DNA of 64,000 bases from an uncultured Clostridia bacterium (GCA_944381115.1 CALWJV010000015.1:139894-203893); one strand, 5' to 3'; shown: positions 37,252 to 46,958, counted from the stretch's first letter. Numbers and translations are program-made. The notes: generated by a model from the sequence alone, not told the origin.

Positions 37252-38649
37252 TTAAAACTCGATTTTTGCCAATATATAATTTTTAAGATCAGATATCGGA
37301 AGTCTTGTTTGTTCCATGGAATCTCTGTCTCTTACAGTTACACATCCGTCTGTCTCTGATTCAAAATCATATGTTATGCAGAAAGGTGTTCCAATCTCAT
37401 CCTGGCGGCGGTAACGTTTACCTATTGAGCCGGATTCGTCAAAATCAACATTAAAATATTTGGAAAGGTTTTCAAAAATCTTTTCGGCGGGTTCGGAAAG
37501 TTTTTTTGAAAGAGGAAGAACAGCCGCTTTAAAAGGTGCAAGAGCAGGATGAAAATGCAGAACTGTGCGTATATCGTTCTTTTCTGCATCCAATACTTCT
37601 TCATCATATGCATCTACCAGAAATGCAAGCGCAACGCGGTCGGCGCCGAGTGAAGGTTCAACGACATAAGGAGTATAATGTTCATTTGTTTCGGGATCAA
37701 AATATGTTAAATCTTTTCCGCTGTGTTTGGAATGTTGTGTAAGGTCATAGTCAGTACGATCGGCAATTCCCCAAAGTTCGCCCCAACCGAAAGGGAAGAG
37801 ATATTCAAAATCAGTTGTTGCTTTTGAATAAAAAGAAAGCTCATCCGGATCATGATCTCGGAGTTTAAGATTTTCGCTTTTCATACCTAAAGAGAGAAGG
37901 AAGTTTTTGCAGTAATCTTTCCAATAGGTAAACCATTCAAGGTCAGTGCCCGGTTTACAGAAGAACTCAAGTTCCATCTGTTCGAATTCGCGGATACGGA
38001 AAATAAAGTTGCCGGGAGTGATCTCGTTACGGAAACTTTTACCGATCTGACATACTCCGAAAGGAAGTTTTTTTCTCATGGAACGTGTAACGGACGGAAA
38101 ATTAACAAAAATACCCTGAGCGGTCTCCGGACGGAGATAGGCAGTAGAAGAAGAGTCTTCAGTGACACCTATAAATGTTTTGAACATCAAATTGAATTTT
38201 TTTATTTCGGTAAAATCTGTTTTTCCGCAACCGGGACATGAAATTCCTTTTTCCTTAATAAACTCGGACATTTTTTCAAATGTCCAACCGGCAGGATTAT
38301 CATTTGTATTGTTTTTAAAGGCGTAATCTTCAATAAGTTTGTCGGCGCGGTGACGCATTTTACAGTTTTTACAATCCATAAGAGGATCCGAAAATCCACC
38401 CACATGACCGGATGCTACCCAAACTTCGGGATTCATTATGATAGCACTGTCAAGCCCGACGTTATATTTTGACTCCTGTACAAATTTTTTCCACCAAGCC
38501 TTTTTAATGTTGTTTTTATATTCCACTCCGAGAGGTCCGAAGTCCCAACTGTTTGCAAGACCTCCGTAAATTTCAGAACCTGGGAAAACAAAACCCCTTG
38601 TTTTGCAAAGAGCGACTATTTTCTCCATTGTTTTTTCGCTGTTATTCAT
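37252..38649 (-). CDS. glyQS: glycine--tRNA ligase (dimeric class II, GlyQS type)
   Basis: [34 protein letters not shown] is the characteristic N-terminus. The start at 38649 (GGAGG SD) is preferred over 38661. Confidence 0.9.
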   Translation of the reverse strand: MNNSEKTMEKIVALCKTRGFVFPGSEIYGGLANSWDFGPLGVEYKNNIKKAWWKKFVQESKYNVGLDSAIIMNPEVWVASGHVGGFSDPLMDCKNCKMRHRADKLIEDYAFKNNTNDNPAGWTFEKMSEFIKEKGISCPGCGKTDFTEIKKFNLMFKTFIGVTEDSSSTAYLRPETAQGIFVNFPSVTRSMRKKLPFGVCQIGKSFRNEITPGNFIFRIREFEQMELEFFCKPGTDLEWFTYWKDYCKNFLLSLGMKSENLKLRDHDPDELSFYSKATTDFEYLFPFGWGELWGIADRTDYDLTQHSKHSGKDLTYFDPETNEHYTPYVVEPSLGADRVALAFLVDAYDEEVLDAEKNDIRTVLHFHPALAPFKAAVLPLSKKLSEPAEKIFENLSKYFNVDFDESGSIGKRYRRQDEIGTPFCITYDFESETDGCVTVRDRDSMEQTRLPISDLKNYILAKIEF

Positions 38650-38800
38650 ATTTGCCTCCATTCTGCCGCGGCGGCGGTCGTATTAAATGTAAATTGGATG
38701 TGCCGGATTTCCGTTTTGCAAAATTTACTTTTTATCATAAAATTAACATTAACGGCTGAAAAGCAAGGAGTAAAAAAAGTAATTAGACTGATATTAATAC

Positions 38801-38829
38801 ATTATACACCGTTTTTTTCAAATTTTCAA
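38801..38829 (-). promoter_or_regulatory. sigma-A type promoter (TTGAAA-17-TATAAT) for glyQS
   Basis: Minus strand: TTGAAA at 38829-38824 and TATAAT at 38806-38801. Confidence 0.45.
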
Positions 38830-38962
38830 GAGCAAAATGTTAAAATGTTAAAAAAATGAAATATCGGCTTAAATTTTTAAAAAGGTATTGCAAAATTTGA
38901 AAAAATAGTGTAAAATATAAAAATGGGTATAATTTCAATAAAAGATTTTGGAGGAAAATAAA

Positions 38963-39529
38963 ATGGCAGGAGCGATAACAGCGGGAGATTTCAGAAATGG
39001 TGTTACATTTGAAATGGACGGAAAAGTATATCAAATTATAGAATTCCAGCATGTAAAACCCGGAAAAGGAGCCGCGTTTGTCAGAACAAAATGTAAAGAT
39101 GTTATAAATGGAGGTGTAATTGAAAGATCATTTAACCCTTCAGATAAATTTGAAACAGCATACGTTGAAAGAAAAGATATGCAGTATCTTTATAACGATG
39201 GTGAACTTTACTATTTCATGGATATTGAAACATATGAGCAACTTCCTCTGAATGCGGATGTGCTTAATGACGGCTTTAAATTTGTAAAAGAAGAAATGAT
39301 GTGTAAAGTTGTTTCATATAAAGGCAAGGTGTTTGCGGTCGAGGCGCCGACATTTGTCGAACTTGAAGTAACGGATACGGAACCCGGATTTAAAGGGGAT
39401 ACAGCAACAGGCGCAAGCAAACCTGCAACTCTTGAAACAGGTGCGACAATTAAAGTACCGCTCTTTATTAACATAGGAGATGTGCTTAAAATAGACACCA
39501 GAACAGGTGAATATCTCGAGAGAGCATGA
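38963..39529 (+). CDS. efp: translation elongation factor P
   Basis: [36 protein letters not shown], with the modified-Lys loop KPGKG. GGAGG SD before ATG 38963. Confidence 0.95.
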   Translation: MAGAITAGDFRNGVTFEMDGKVYQIIEFQHVKPGKGAAFVRTKCKDVINGGVIERSFNPSDKFETAYVERKDMQYLYNDGELYYFMDIETYEQLPLNADVLNDGFKFVKEEMMCKVVSYKGKVFAVEAPTFVELEVTDTEPGFKGDTATGASKPATLETGATIKVPLFINIGDVLKIDTRTGEYLERA

Positions 39530-39638
39530 CCTTTGTAATATTTAAAATCTGCCAAAAACCGATTCACTGTTTTGTGCCGGATAATGTACAGAAAAAAGTC
39601 GGTATAGTTAATTCTTAAGCATAAAGAATAAATAGCGT

Positions 39639-39676
39639 AAAAATCTCCGCCGGATGATACGGCGGAGATTTTTATT
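39639..39676 (+). terminator. rho-independent terminator of efp
   Basis: Stem AAAAATCTCCGCC/GGCGGAGATTTTT. Confidence 0.75.
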
Positions 39677-39870
39677 GTGAAAATCAACAAAAAAACGTCG
39701 ATAAAATTGTTATTTGTGTGTGTTTGTAAACAAACAGGCAAAAGTTTGTAAATACTTTAATATACCACTTGCTTTTAATATAAAAAAGTAGTAAAATGTA
39801 ATTACCAAAAGTTTACTTATGCTTTTGGATATTTTATGTTTTATTATTTTCACTCAAAAGGAGAAAAAAA

Positions 39871-42800
39871 ATGAAAGCAAAAACCAGAATTTTGGCAATA
39901 TTGCTTACCGTGTTGATGGTCGGTGGACTTCTTCCGCTGTCTATTTTTGCAGCTGGTGGCGAAAAGGCAGGAACGTCATCTCCGAACGTTCCGAAAATTG
40001 AGCCTGATGAAATGACATTGGAGGATATTAATAAAGAGTTTGCCGAATCAAATCTTAGCCTTGCTGTTTATCAAGACTTTGATAAATGGCAGATGGATGA
40101 AGGTAGCACAGAATATGTGTTGCCTGCTGAAAGTTTTGTAGCGATAGGTACAAATGCTGATGTAGGAGGCAGTCTAATAAATGTAAAGAATGTCAAGCAA
40201 GTTTTTTCTATTAGAAAAGAAGCAGACGGCAATAAAGCCCTTTATATGGGAACTGCATCAAAAGGTGCAAATAATAACGACAACTTTATTGATATAGGGT
40301 TCGGTCTTCCTCATACATTTTCAAGTCAACAGGGAAACGGAACACATGATTTATACATAAGCGCCGATTTTAAAATGGACGGCAAAAATATAATAGCGCC
40401 AAATGACGGTATTTTCGGACTGCTTTACAGAATAAATAACGGAACACCTTCCATTATTAATACCGTAAGTGTGTCCGAAGTCGGAGGACTTTATATAGGT
40501 GGGTCTCAGAGTCCGGATAATCTTATAGGATTTCTTTCTTCTGAAGAATATACAAGATTGGCTGTTTCAATTGATAGGTTATCAAATAAATATTATGTAT
40601 ATGTAAACGGCGTTCTTGCTAATCCTGAAGGAACCGTACTTTTTTCAAATAAAGTTATCAATGATATGAATAGCAATAATCAAACAGGTAACGGAGTAAC
40701 ATATACTGCGCAGAATTTACCTATTTGTAATATCAGGATGTATACCGTTGAAAACAATATAAATTCTGATGAACATAAGGGATTATACATAGATAACATT
40801 CTTGCAGGTGCACGTCTTGCAGTCAGTGCAAGAGATAACGCATTCCGGGATGTATATACATCCTCTTTCCCGGCTAACCTTGTAGGTACAAATGTAAGCG
40901 TTCCGCTTCCCGGAACAACTTCAAATACAATAGGAGTCATTTGGCCGGGAGCAATAACTTATATTCAGGATGAAGAGGGCGATGTCGCGATGCAGTGGCA
41001 CTATATGCCCAGAGATACTACAACAGATAAAGACCAAGCATATTTCCAGATAGGAAACAATGCCGCACGGGGAGCAAATCTGAGGTTGAGTATGGATTTA
41101 AAACTTGGCGCAGATGGAGTTCTAGGTAGCAGTGATTTTATATTTTACCGTTCAAGTGTAAAAGGAAATACTCAGGAAATTACCGTAAAACTTGAATCAA
41201 ACGGAAATATAGTTTGTGACAATAATGTACTTGGTACAATCACGAAGGAAAAATACAGCAACTTAAGAATTGATATAATATGTAATGCTATCAGCGGGAA
41301 TTCTGTATTTGCACTTATGTTTTTCGATGATATATTGGTATATACAAAATCATTTACTTTAAGTTATGCTGGTACTAACGGTTACGGAAGTACAGATTTC
41401 CATCCGGCTCTCATTCGTATATATTCAATATATGACAACGGAGTTGAACAACTTAAACCAAATGACTTAATATTGAAAAATCTGTCTTTGGTTGAAACAG
41501 AAGATTACAACGATTCCGGATTAATAAGTATATTTGAAAAGAACCCGGAAGGATTTGCCGAAAATGCTGGAATTACCCGTTATTACGGTGAAGAGGGAGT
41601 ATATGTATCTGATTTTGAATATAACGGCGAAAAATACATTGTTGGATACAACGGAATAATAATCGGAAAAGAGTCTGACGGTATAGAGTTTGCACCTTAT
41701 GCACCTTACACCGATTGGGATCACACCGGAACAATGATTTATTCCGGACCAAACGGGGAATTTTTTACAGATTCAATTAATGGAGTCGGGCATACAATTT
41801 TTTCAAACAGAGATGGGTTTAGGAAAAAGGTTACGATGGATAATGGAGATGGAGCAGTACTTTACACATCGTACTATGATGCAGACCCGGGAACAAGTCC
41901 TTTGGACCACGCGTCATACTTGGCCCTTGATTTCCAAAACGGACTTAAAAATACATCTGTGGTAATAGACTTCGATGTAATGATGGGAGAATTTTTTGTA
42001 GAGCGACCCAATTCTAATCAGGCATTTATTTATTTAAAAGGACAGGAAACGGTCAATAACGGTGGCGGCAGAAAGGACTATGATTTCCCGATTTTCCTTA
42101 ACGGAGACGGATGGATTACCTATAACGGAGAAAAGGTATACAAGATAGGAAAAAGAGAGTTTACAAGATTTTCTATAGTAGTACACGGACCTCAGCTCGA
42201 TGGAGATAATCTTACAAAAGCATCCTGTATAGATATTTACGCAAACGGCGTACTTCTTGTTGAAGGACTTACGAATCCAAGTGGCGCAAAGTATCTACAG
42301 CAGATAAGAATGCTTAAGATATACGATGCGGATGCTGCAATGTACTACAAGGATATGTATATGTATTCGGGAGAGAAGCCGCAGCAGTTTATTTCTATGG
42401 TTAACGGTGTTCCGACTCTTACAGAAGATAATTCGCTTACACCTGCAGTTGCAAAAGACATTAAGTCTGGATTTGTATCGGAAAACGGCGTATTAAGATA
42501 TTACAGAGAAAACGGACTTCCGGTAATCGCGACGGAAAATAAAATTTCCTTTACTGACCAGAGCGGAAGAAATTTCAAGGCAGATGTAAACGGTGTCGTT
42601 TATAATGACGTCAATATCGAAGCACTTATAGATCCCGGACATTTCTCACTTGACTTTTCCGTTGATTTTGCCGGAATAGAGAGCGGTGATTACGTATATT
42701 CACCCGATGAGCCCAGAAATGCAAACAGTGTTTTCGGACTCATATTCAATCAACTTTATTTTAATGCAGGCGAATACGACGCAATAAAATTTGATGTGTA

Positions 42801-44829
42801 CATTCCGGAAAATACTATAAATGAAAACAGTGAGGCAACGTATAATTTTGAATTTGGCGAATCTCAGCGTTTTTATAAAGTAAAATGGCTTGGCGGAACA
42901 ACATATGAATTTGGAGACGGAACATATTTTATTGATGATGTAGATGTTCCTGAAGGAGCGATTGAGGTTGAAGCAACAGGAAGCGGATATACCCTTATAA
43001 ATGACCGTGGAGGAAAAAGAAATATCGTCTGCTTTGATACGGATGATGTAGAAGGTGTAAGTTATAATGATACATTTTATGTACGAACAAGAAATTACGT
43101 CAAAGTACTTGAAGGCAGTGCTTTCGGCGAATTGCAAGCCGGATGGAACACAATTGAGATACCGATCATAGAAAATGGAGAATACGATATAGATTACCTT
43201 TCATTTGTAGTAACACCGGCAATAGATGCTTCCGGAATCAAGATCGCTGCAGTAAAAATAGTAAAGAGTACGAGATTCGTAAAGAACGATGAAGCAGGTG
43301 ACGGAATCGGCTCCGACGGATGTTATTATAAATCCGGTATAGCCCAGACAGGTTGGATCGACGTAAACGACAACGGAGAAAATGATGCAGGTGATTACTA
43401 TGCAAGTCCGGATACAACTAAAATAGTAACCGGAATATATTCAATTGATGGAATTTGGTATAAATTCGACAATGACGGCAAACTTATCGGAAAAGCAAAC
43501 GGTATAGAATTTGCAAAGAACGGTGTTGATAAAGACGGAAACGTATATTATGCGTATAAGTCATTTGTTGACGGAGTTATCCAGACAGGACTTATTTCCG
43601 AAGGAGTAACCAACGGCTCAGGCGAAGCGGCAGTTATCTATACAACAGAAAAGGGCGTATCATTGCAAAATGTAGTAGAAAAGATAGGCGATGCAACATA
43701 CGACTTTGATAAAGATGGTTACGGAAAATTGCTTTGTGCAAACGAAGATGCTCACATTTACGGCGAACCTAAGGTTATCAAACTTGCAACATGTCAGGAA
43801 ACCGGATTAAGGGTATACGTATGTAATGTCTGCGGAAACGAAAAAACAGAAGACATACCGATTGATCCCAATAATCATGCCGAGTATGATGAGTCCGGAA
43901 TTGCAACATGCTGTGAGGGAGACGTTAAAGCAGACGGTGTAACATCTGTTTACGGGCACAGTCTTGTAATAGGTGAAAATATATCAATAGTATTTTATCT
44001 TGATATAACAGGAACGGAAGGTCAGATTGAAGTAGGTCGCAGAAGCGAGTTTATAAATGAAACAACGACAAAGGTTAACATTTCTGAACTTGAGGATGTG
44101 ACGATAGACGAAAAAACATATAAAAAGATATCTGTTTCAGTAGCACCTAATGCGGTCAATGCAGTTGTAACTGTACGTTACATAAGACCCGACGGAACGG
44201 AAGGATCATCTTACAACTACCAAACTCAAAAGTACATAGATGAGGTAATAAAAGACGGAGTTACAGGAGAGTTCAGTCAAGAAGTAATTGATCTTGTAAA
44301 AGCATTTGATGCATACGCAAAGAATGTAAATAAGGTTATATATAACGATGGCGAACCTGATGATATATCCGGTGTGGACGAAATAACCTTTGAGAGTAAT
44401 TATTCCGTAAAATACAGTTATAACCAAAAGAACGCAGAGACAAATTACATAAGGCTTGAAAAAACATACGAGAATATATACTTTAATTTTACCGATGCAA
44501 TGGTACTCAAAGTTAACTTTACTCTTACAGGTGTTTCCTCAGACTTTAAGTTTTATGTAAATGGCGAAGAAGTGAAAGGTGTACTGACCGCTGCCGGATA
44601 TCACTGCGTAGAAGTTGTCGTAAAAGCATCGGATATAGATGAACTCATAGAGATCAAGGTAGTCCATGCAGGTGGGTCAGAATTTACACTTTCTACAAGT
44701 GCTCTTGCTTTTGCAAAGCGTAAGTTTATGTCTTCCTCTGCTACAGATGCGGAAAAGAACCTGATGAAAGCAATTTATATGTATAATAAAGCAATTGTCT
44801 CTTTTTTGGCAGAGGATGCAGCAGAGTAA
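39871..44829 (+). CDS. 1,652-aa secreted multi-module surface/adhesin-like protein
   Basis: Signal peptide MKAKTRILAILLTVLMVGGLLPLSIFAAGG. At least three paralogous modules of about 200 aa. Cell-wall-binding-like aromatic/Gly repeats (e.g. GWIDVN...GIWYKFDNDGKLIG). Cys cluster CQETGLRVYVCNVCG...H...CC. No LPXTG motif and no C-terminal TM helix. Confidence 0.8.
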   Translation: MKAKTRILAILLTVLMVGGLLPLSIFAAGGEKAGTSSPNVPKIEPDEMTLEDINKEFAESNLSLAVYQDFDKWQMDEGSTEYVLPAESFVAIGTNADVGGSLINVKNVKQVFSIRKEADGNKALYMGTASKGANNNDNFIDIGFGLPHTFSSQQGNGTHDLYISADFKMDGKNIIAPNDGIFGLLYRINNGTPSIINTVSVSEVGGLYIGGSQSPDNLIGFLSSEEYTRLAVSIDRLSNKYYVYVNGVLANPEGTVLFSNKVINDMNSNNQTGNGVTYTAQNLPICNIRMYTVENNINSDEHKGLYIDNILAGARLAVSARDNAFRDVYTSSFPANLVGTNVSVPLPGTTSNTIGVIWPGAITYIQDEEGDVAMQWHYMPRDTTTDKDQAYFQIGNNAARGANLRLSMDLKLGADGVLGSSDFIFYRSSVKGNTQEITVKLESNGNIVCDNNVLGTITKEKYSNLRIDIICNAISGNSVFALMFFDDILVYTKSFTLSYAGTNGYGSTDFHPALIRIYSIYDNGVEQLKPNDLILKNLSLVETEDYNDSGLISIFEKNPEGFAENAGITRYYGEEGVYVSDFEYNGEKYIVGYNGIIIGKESDGIEFAPYAPYTDWDHTGTMIYSGPNGEFFTDSINGVGHTIFSNRDGFRKKVTMDNGDGAVLYTSYYDADPGTSPLDHASYLALDFQNGLKNTSVVIDFDVMMGEFFVERPNSNQAFIYLKGQETVNNGGGRKDYDFPIFLNGDGWITYNGEKVYKIGKREFTRFSIVVHGPQLDGDNLTKASCIDIYANGVLLVEGLTNPSGAKYLQQIRMLKIYDADAAMYYKDMYMYSGEKPQQFISMVNGVPTLTEDNSLTPAVAKDIKSGFVSENGVLRYYRENGLPVIATENKISFTDQSGRNFKADVNGVVYNDVNIEALIDPGHFSLDFSVDFAGIESGDYVYSPDEPRNANSVFGLIFNQLYFNAGEYDAIKFDVYIPENTINENSEATYNFEFGESQRFYKVKWLGGTTYEFGDGTYFIDDVDVPEGAIEVEATGSGYTLINDRGGKRNIVCFDTDDVEGVSYNDTFYVRTRNYVKVLEGSAFGELQAGWNTIEIPIIENGEYDIDYLSFVVTPAIDASGIKIAAVKIVKSTRFVKNDEAGDGIGSDGCYYKSGIAQTGWIDVNDNGENDAGDYYASPDTTKIVTGIYSIDGIWYKFDNDGKLIGKANGIEFAKNGVDKDGNVYYAYKSFVDGVIQTGLISEGVTNGSGEAAVIYTTEKGVSLQNVVEKIGDATYDFDKDGYGKLLCANEDAHIYGEPKVIKLATCQETGLRVYVCNVCGNEKTEDIPIDPNNHAEYDESGIATCCEGDVKADGVTSVYGHSLVIGENISIVFYLDITGTEGQIEVGRRSEFINETTTKVNISELEDVTIDEKTYKKISVSVAPNAVNAVVTVRYIRPDGTEGSSYNYQTQKYIDEVIKDGVTGEFSQEVIDLVKAFDAYAKNVNKVIYNDGEPDDISGVDEITFESNYSVKYSYNQKNAETNYIRLEKTYENIYFNFTDAMVLKVNFTLTGVSSDFKFYVNGEEVKGVLTAAGYHCVEVVVKASDIDELIEIKVVHAGGSEFTLSTSALAFAKRKFMSSSATDAEKNLMKAIYMYNKAIVSFLAEDAAE

Positions 44830-44903
44830 ATTTGTAAACACAATATTTTGATTGTGGAGTTGTTTTGAATGTAACTTTCTTTGCAAAGAAACAGGAAAAC
44901 AAT

Positions 44904-44947
44904 ATTCGGGGTGCAATTTAAAATGAATTGCACCCCGAATTTCTTTT
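44904..44947 (+). terminator. strong rho-independent terminator
   Basis: 15-bp perfect stem ATTCGGGGTGCAATT/AATTGCACCCCGAAT followed by TTCTTTT. Confidence 0.75.
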
Positions 44948-45006
44948 AAATAAACAGTAAAAGAAAAGTTTAAAAGCCGACATAAATAAAAGTTTACAAA
45001 ATAATC

Positions 45007-45035
45007 TTGAGTTAAAATATTTTATGCTATATAAT
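45007..45035 (+). promoter_or_regulatory. sigma-A type promoter (TTGAGT-17-TATAAT)
   Basis: TTGAGT at 45007-45012, 17-nt spacer, TATAAT at 45030-45035. Confidence 0.5.
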
Positions 45036-45072
45036 TAATTTAAATTATTAAATTTTTACGGAGGGGAAAACT

Positions 45073-45777
45073 ATGTTTTTGTTAAAAATGGCAGAACAGA
45101 CATTTTTAATAAATAATAAGTTTGAATATGTAAAAAAACTTTGTAAAAATTATATTGTCAACGAAAATAATGATGAAAACGTGCCTGCCATAGAAGTGAC
45201 GAAGCAAGAAATAATAAAAGAAGACCCGGATGGTCAAGGGCTTTCTTTGGCATACCTTGAAAGCCTTGCAATATACAGAAAAATATGTGAGCTTGTTTCC
45301 AAAAACGAAACCTTTCTTTTCCACTGCTCAGCAATAGCATTTGACGGAGCGGGGGTACTTTTTACTGCACCGAGCGGTACGGGGAAATCAACACATGCAA
45401 GATTATGGACAGAGTATTTTAAAGAACGTGTTAAAGTTGTAAATGATGATAAGCCGCTTATTCGTTTAAAAGATGACGGTGTTTATGTTTATGGTACACC
45501 ATGGTGCGGAAAGCACGGTATAGAAACAAATATGAGTGTTAAAATAAAAGCGGTGGTGGTTATTGAGCGTGGAAAAGAAAACAGCATTGAAAAACTTGAT
45601 TTTGAAGAGGGATACCCTGTGTTATTTGCACAAACATATCGCCCGGTAAGTGAATCAGGGATGCAAGCATTTCTCAGATTTTTGAATCGTTTTTCAGAAA
45701 GTGTGGATATGTACAGACTTAAATGTAACATATCGAAAGAAGCGGTAACTGTGGCACATGGTGCGATATTCAATTAA
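45073..45777 (+). CDS. HPr kinase/phosphorylase-like P-loop protein (HprK-related/ScmC-like)
   Basis: HCSAIAFDGAGVLFTAPSGTGKSTHARLW followed by VVNDD mimics the catalytic core of the HprK C-terminal domain. Confidence 0.5.
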   Translation: MFLLKMAEQTFLINNKFEYVKKLCKNYIVNENNDENVPAIEVTKQEIIKEDPDGQGLSLAYLESLAIYRKICELVSKNETFLFHCSAIAFDGAGVLFTAPSGTGKSTHARLWTEYFKERVKVVNDDKPLIRLKDDGVYVYGTPWCGKHGIETNMSVKIKAVVVIERGKENSIEKLDFEEGYPVLFAQTYRPVSESGMQAFLRFLNRFSESVDMYRLKCNISKEAVTVAHGAIFN

Positions 45778-45800
45778 AAAATAGTACGGAGAAAAATATT

Positions 45801-46067
45801 ATGAAACTTAAAAGCGGAGTTATAATGGAAAAAGCGGGTGACGGATATATAGCGGTTGCTACCGGAGAAGCAAGCAAGACATTTAACGGATTTATCCGAA
45901 ATAATAAGACAGCGGATTTTATATTCCGTCAACTTACAGATGAAAAGACTGAAAAGGAAATAGTACAGGCAGTGCTTGAAAAATACGATGTTTCTGAAGA
46001 AGTGGCCGAAAGAGATGTCAAAATGGTCGTTGAAAAAATAAGAAGAGCCGGTCTGCTTGATGAATAA
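45801..46067 (+). CDS. PqqD-family peptide-binding protein (RiPP recognition element-like)
   Basis: 88 aa, with N-terminal beta strands and then a helical bundle ...TADFIFRQL...EKEIVQAVLEKYDVSEEVAERDVKMVVEKIRRAGLL. Confidence 0.65.
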   Translation: MKLKSGVIMEKAGDGYIAVATGEASKTFNGFIRNNKTADFIFRQLTDEKTEKEIVQAVLEKYDVSEEVAERDVKMVVEKIRRAGLLDE

Positions 46068-46488
46068 GAGTATAGAAGAAATATTGGAAAAAAGCGGGAA
46101 GCATTGGCAGACAACTGTCGGTGACAGTATGCAGCCGATGCTCAGGGACAGAAAGAATATCGTAGAGATAGTAAAGCCTCAGCGCGCGCTGAAACGTTAT
46201 GACCTTCCGCTTTATAGGCGGCCTAACGGAAAATATGTTTTACATAGAATATTAAAGGTAAAAAAAGATTATTACATAACCTGCGGAGATAACAGATATC
46301 ACCGTGAAAAAGTTCCAAAAGAATGGATTGTCGGTGTTGCGTCGGGATACTATAAGAACGGAAAATTTATACCGGAAAAAAATTTTAAATACCGTTTATA
46401 CGTTCATATCTGGTGTGATTTTTTTTATATACGTGCCGGATTGCTTTTTATAAAAAACAGAATAAAAAGGTTGATAACAAAAAATTAA
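46060..46488 (+). CDS. S24/S26-fold serine peptidase, SipW/Sec11-like Ser-His variant, no N-terminal TM helix
   Basis: GDSMQPML (nucleophile box), VLHRIL (His where bacterial SPase I/LexA have Lys) and CGDN. There is a hydrophobic C-terminal segment. ATG 46060 overlaps the upstream stop by 8 nt. Confidence 0.55.
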   Translation: MNKSIEEILEKSGKHWQTTVGDSMQPMLRDRKNIVEIVKPQRALKRYDLPLYRRPNGKYVLHRILKVKKDYYITCGDNRYHREKVPKEWIVGVASGYYKNGKFIPEKNFKYRLYVHIWCDFFYIRAGLLFIKNRIKRLITKN

Positions 46489-46517
46489 AATAAAGTTGTT
46501 AATTTTTTTTGAATCTA

Positions 46518-46546
46518 TTGATTTTTGAAATATTTTATGATAAAAT
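46518..46546 (+). promoter_or_regulatory. sigma-A type promoter (TTGATT-17-TAAAAT) of rpmE
   Basis: TTGATT at 46518-46523 and TAAAAT at 46541-46546. This leaves a leader of about 140 nt. Confidence 0.45.
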
Positions 46547-46694
46547 AAAAACGTTAAGCCGTTTTAGAATATTGAAGAAGTTTTAAAAACGGTTAAAGAG
46601 ATAATTGTTTGAAAGGAGGACGTACAATCGTTAAAAACAGTTAAACGGGCAAAATCCCGTGAATCATTTTTAAACGTTTTGTACTAAAGGAATA

Positions 46695-46904
46695 ATGAAG
46701 GAAGCAATTCATCCCAATTATGTAGAGGCAAAAGTAATATGTGCTTGCGGAGAAACCTTTATGACACGTTCTACAAAAGGCTCCGAGATTCGTGTAGATA
46801 TCTGCTCAAAGTGCCATCCGTTTTTTACCGGAAAGCAGAAGTTTGTTGATGCAGGCGGACGCGTTGATAAGTTCAGACGCCGTCTTGAAGCAGCAGGCAA
46901 ATAA
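46695..46904 (+). CDS. rpmE: 50S ribosomal protein L31 (Cys-containing, zinc-ribbon form)
   Basis: MKEAIHPNY...CACGE...[13 protein letters not shown]...GRVDKF. Confidence 0.95.
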   Translation: MKEAIHPNYVEAKVICACGETFMTRSTKGSEIRVDICSKCHPFFTGKQKFVDAGGRVDKFRRRLEAAGK

Positions 46905-46919
46905 AAAAACGCTGTCTTA
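46903..46919 (+). repeat. left arm of a 15-nt perfect inverted repeat (split terminator arm)
   Basis: AAAAACGCTGTCTTA at 46905-46919 is the exact reverse complement of 48272-48286. Confidence 0.7.
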
Positions 46920-46958
46920 ATGGGCGGTGTCCGTAAAACAGCAATATGCGAATTTCTT

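Noticed and set aside
38650-38830. Expected glycine T-box upstream of glyQS
   Set aside because: The leader is only about 135 nt from the predicted promoter. It has no GGUGGUACCGCG-like T-box sequence and no terminator.
39211-39741. 176-aa minus-strand ORF
   Set aside because: It is antisense to efp and reads through the efp terminator. It has no SD or recognisable motifs.
44866-44922. 17-codon TTG-initiated sORF (NVTFFAKKQENNIRGAI) as a candidate precursor peptide for the PqqD operon
   Set aside because: It lies upstream of the operon promoter and overlaps the 5' arm of the terminator of the giant gene. It has a non-ATG start and no Cys/Ser/Thr-rich core. There is no support beyond its position.
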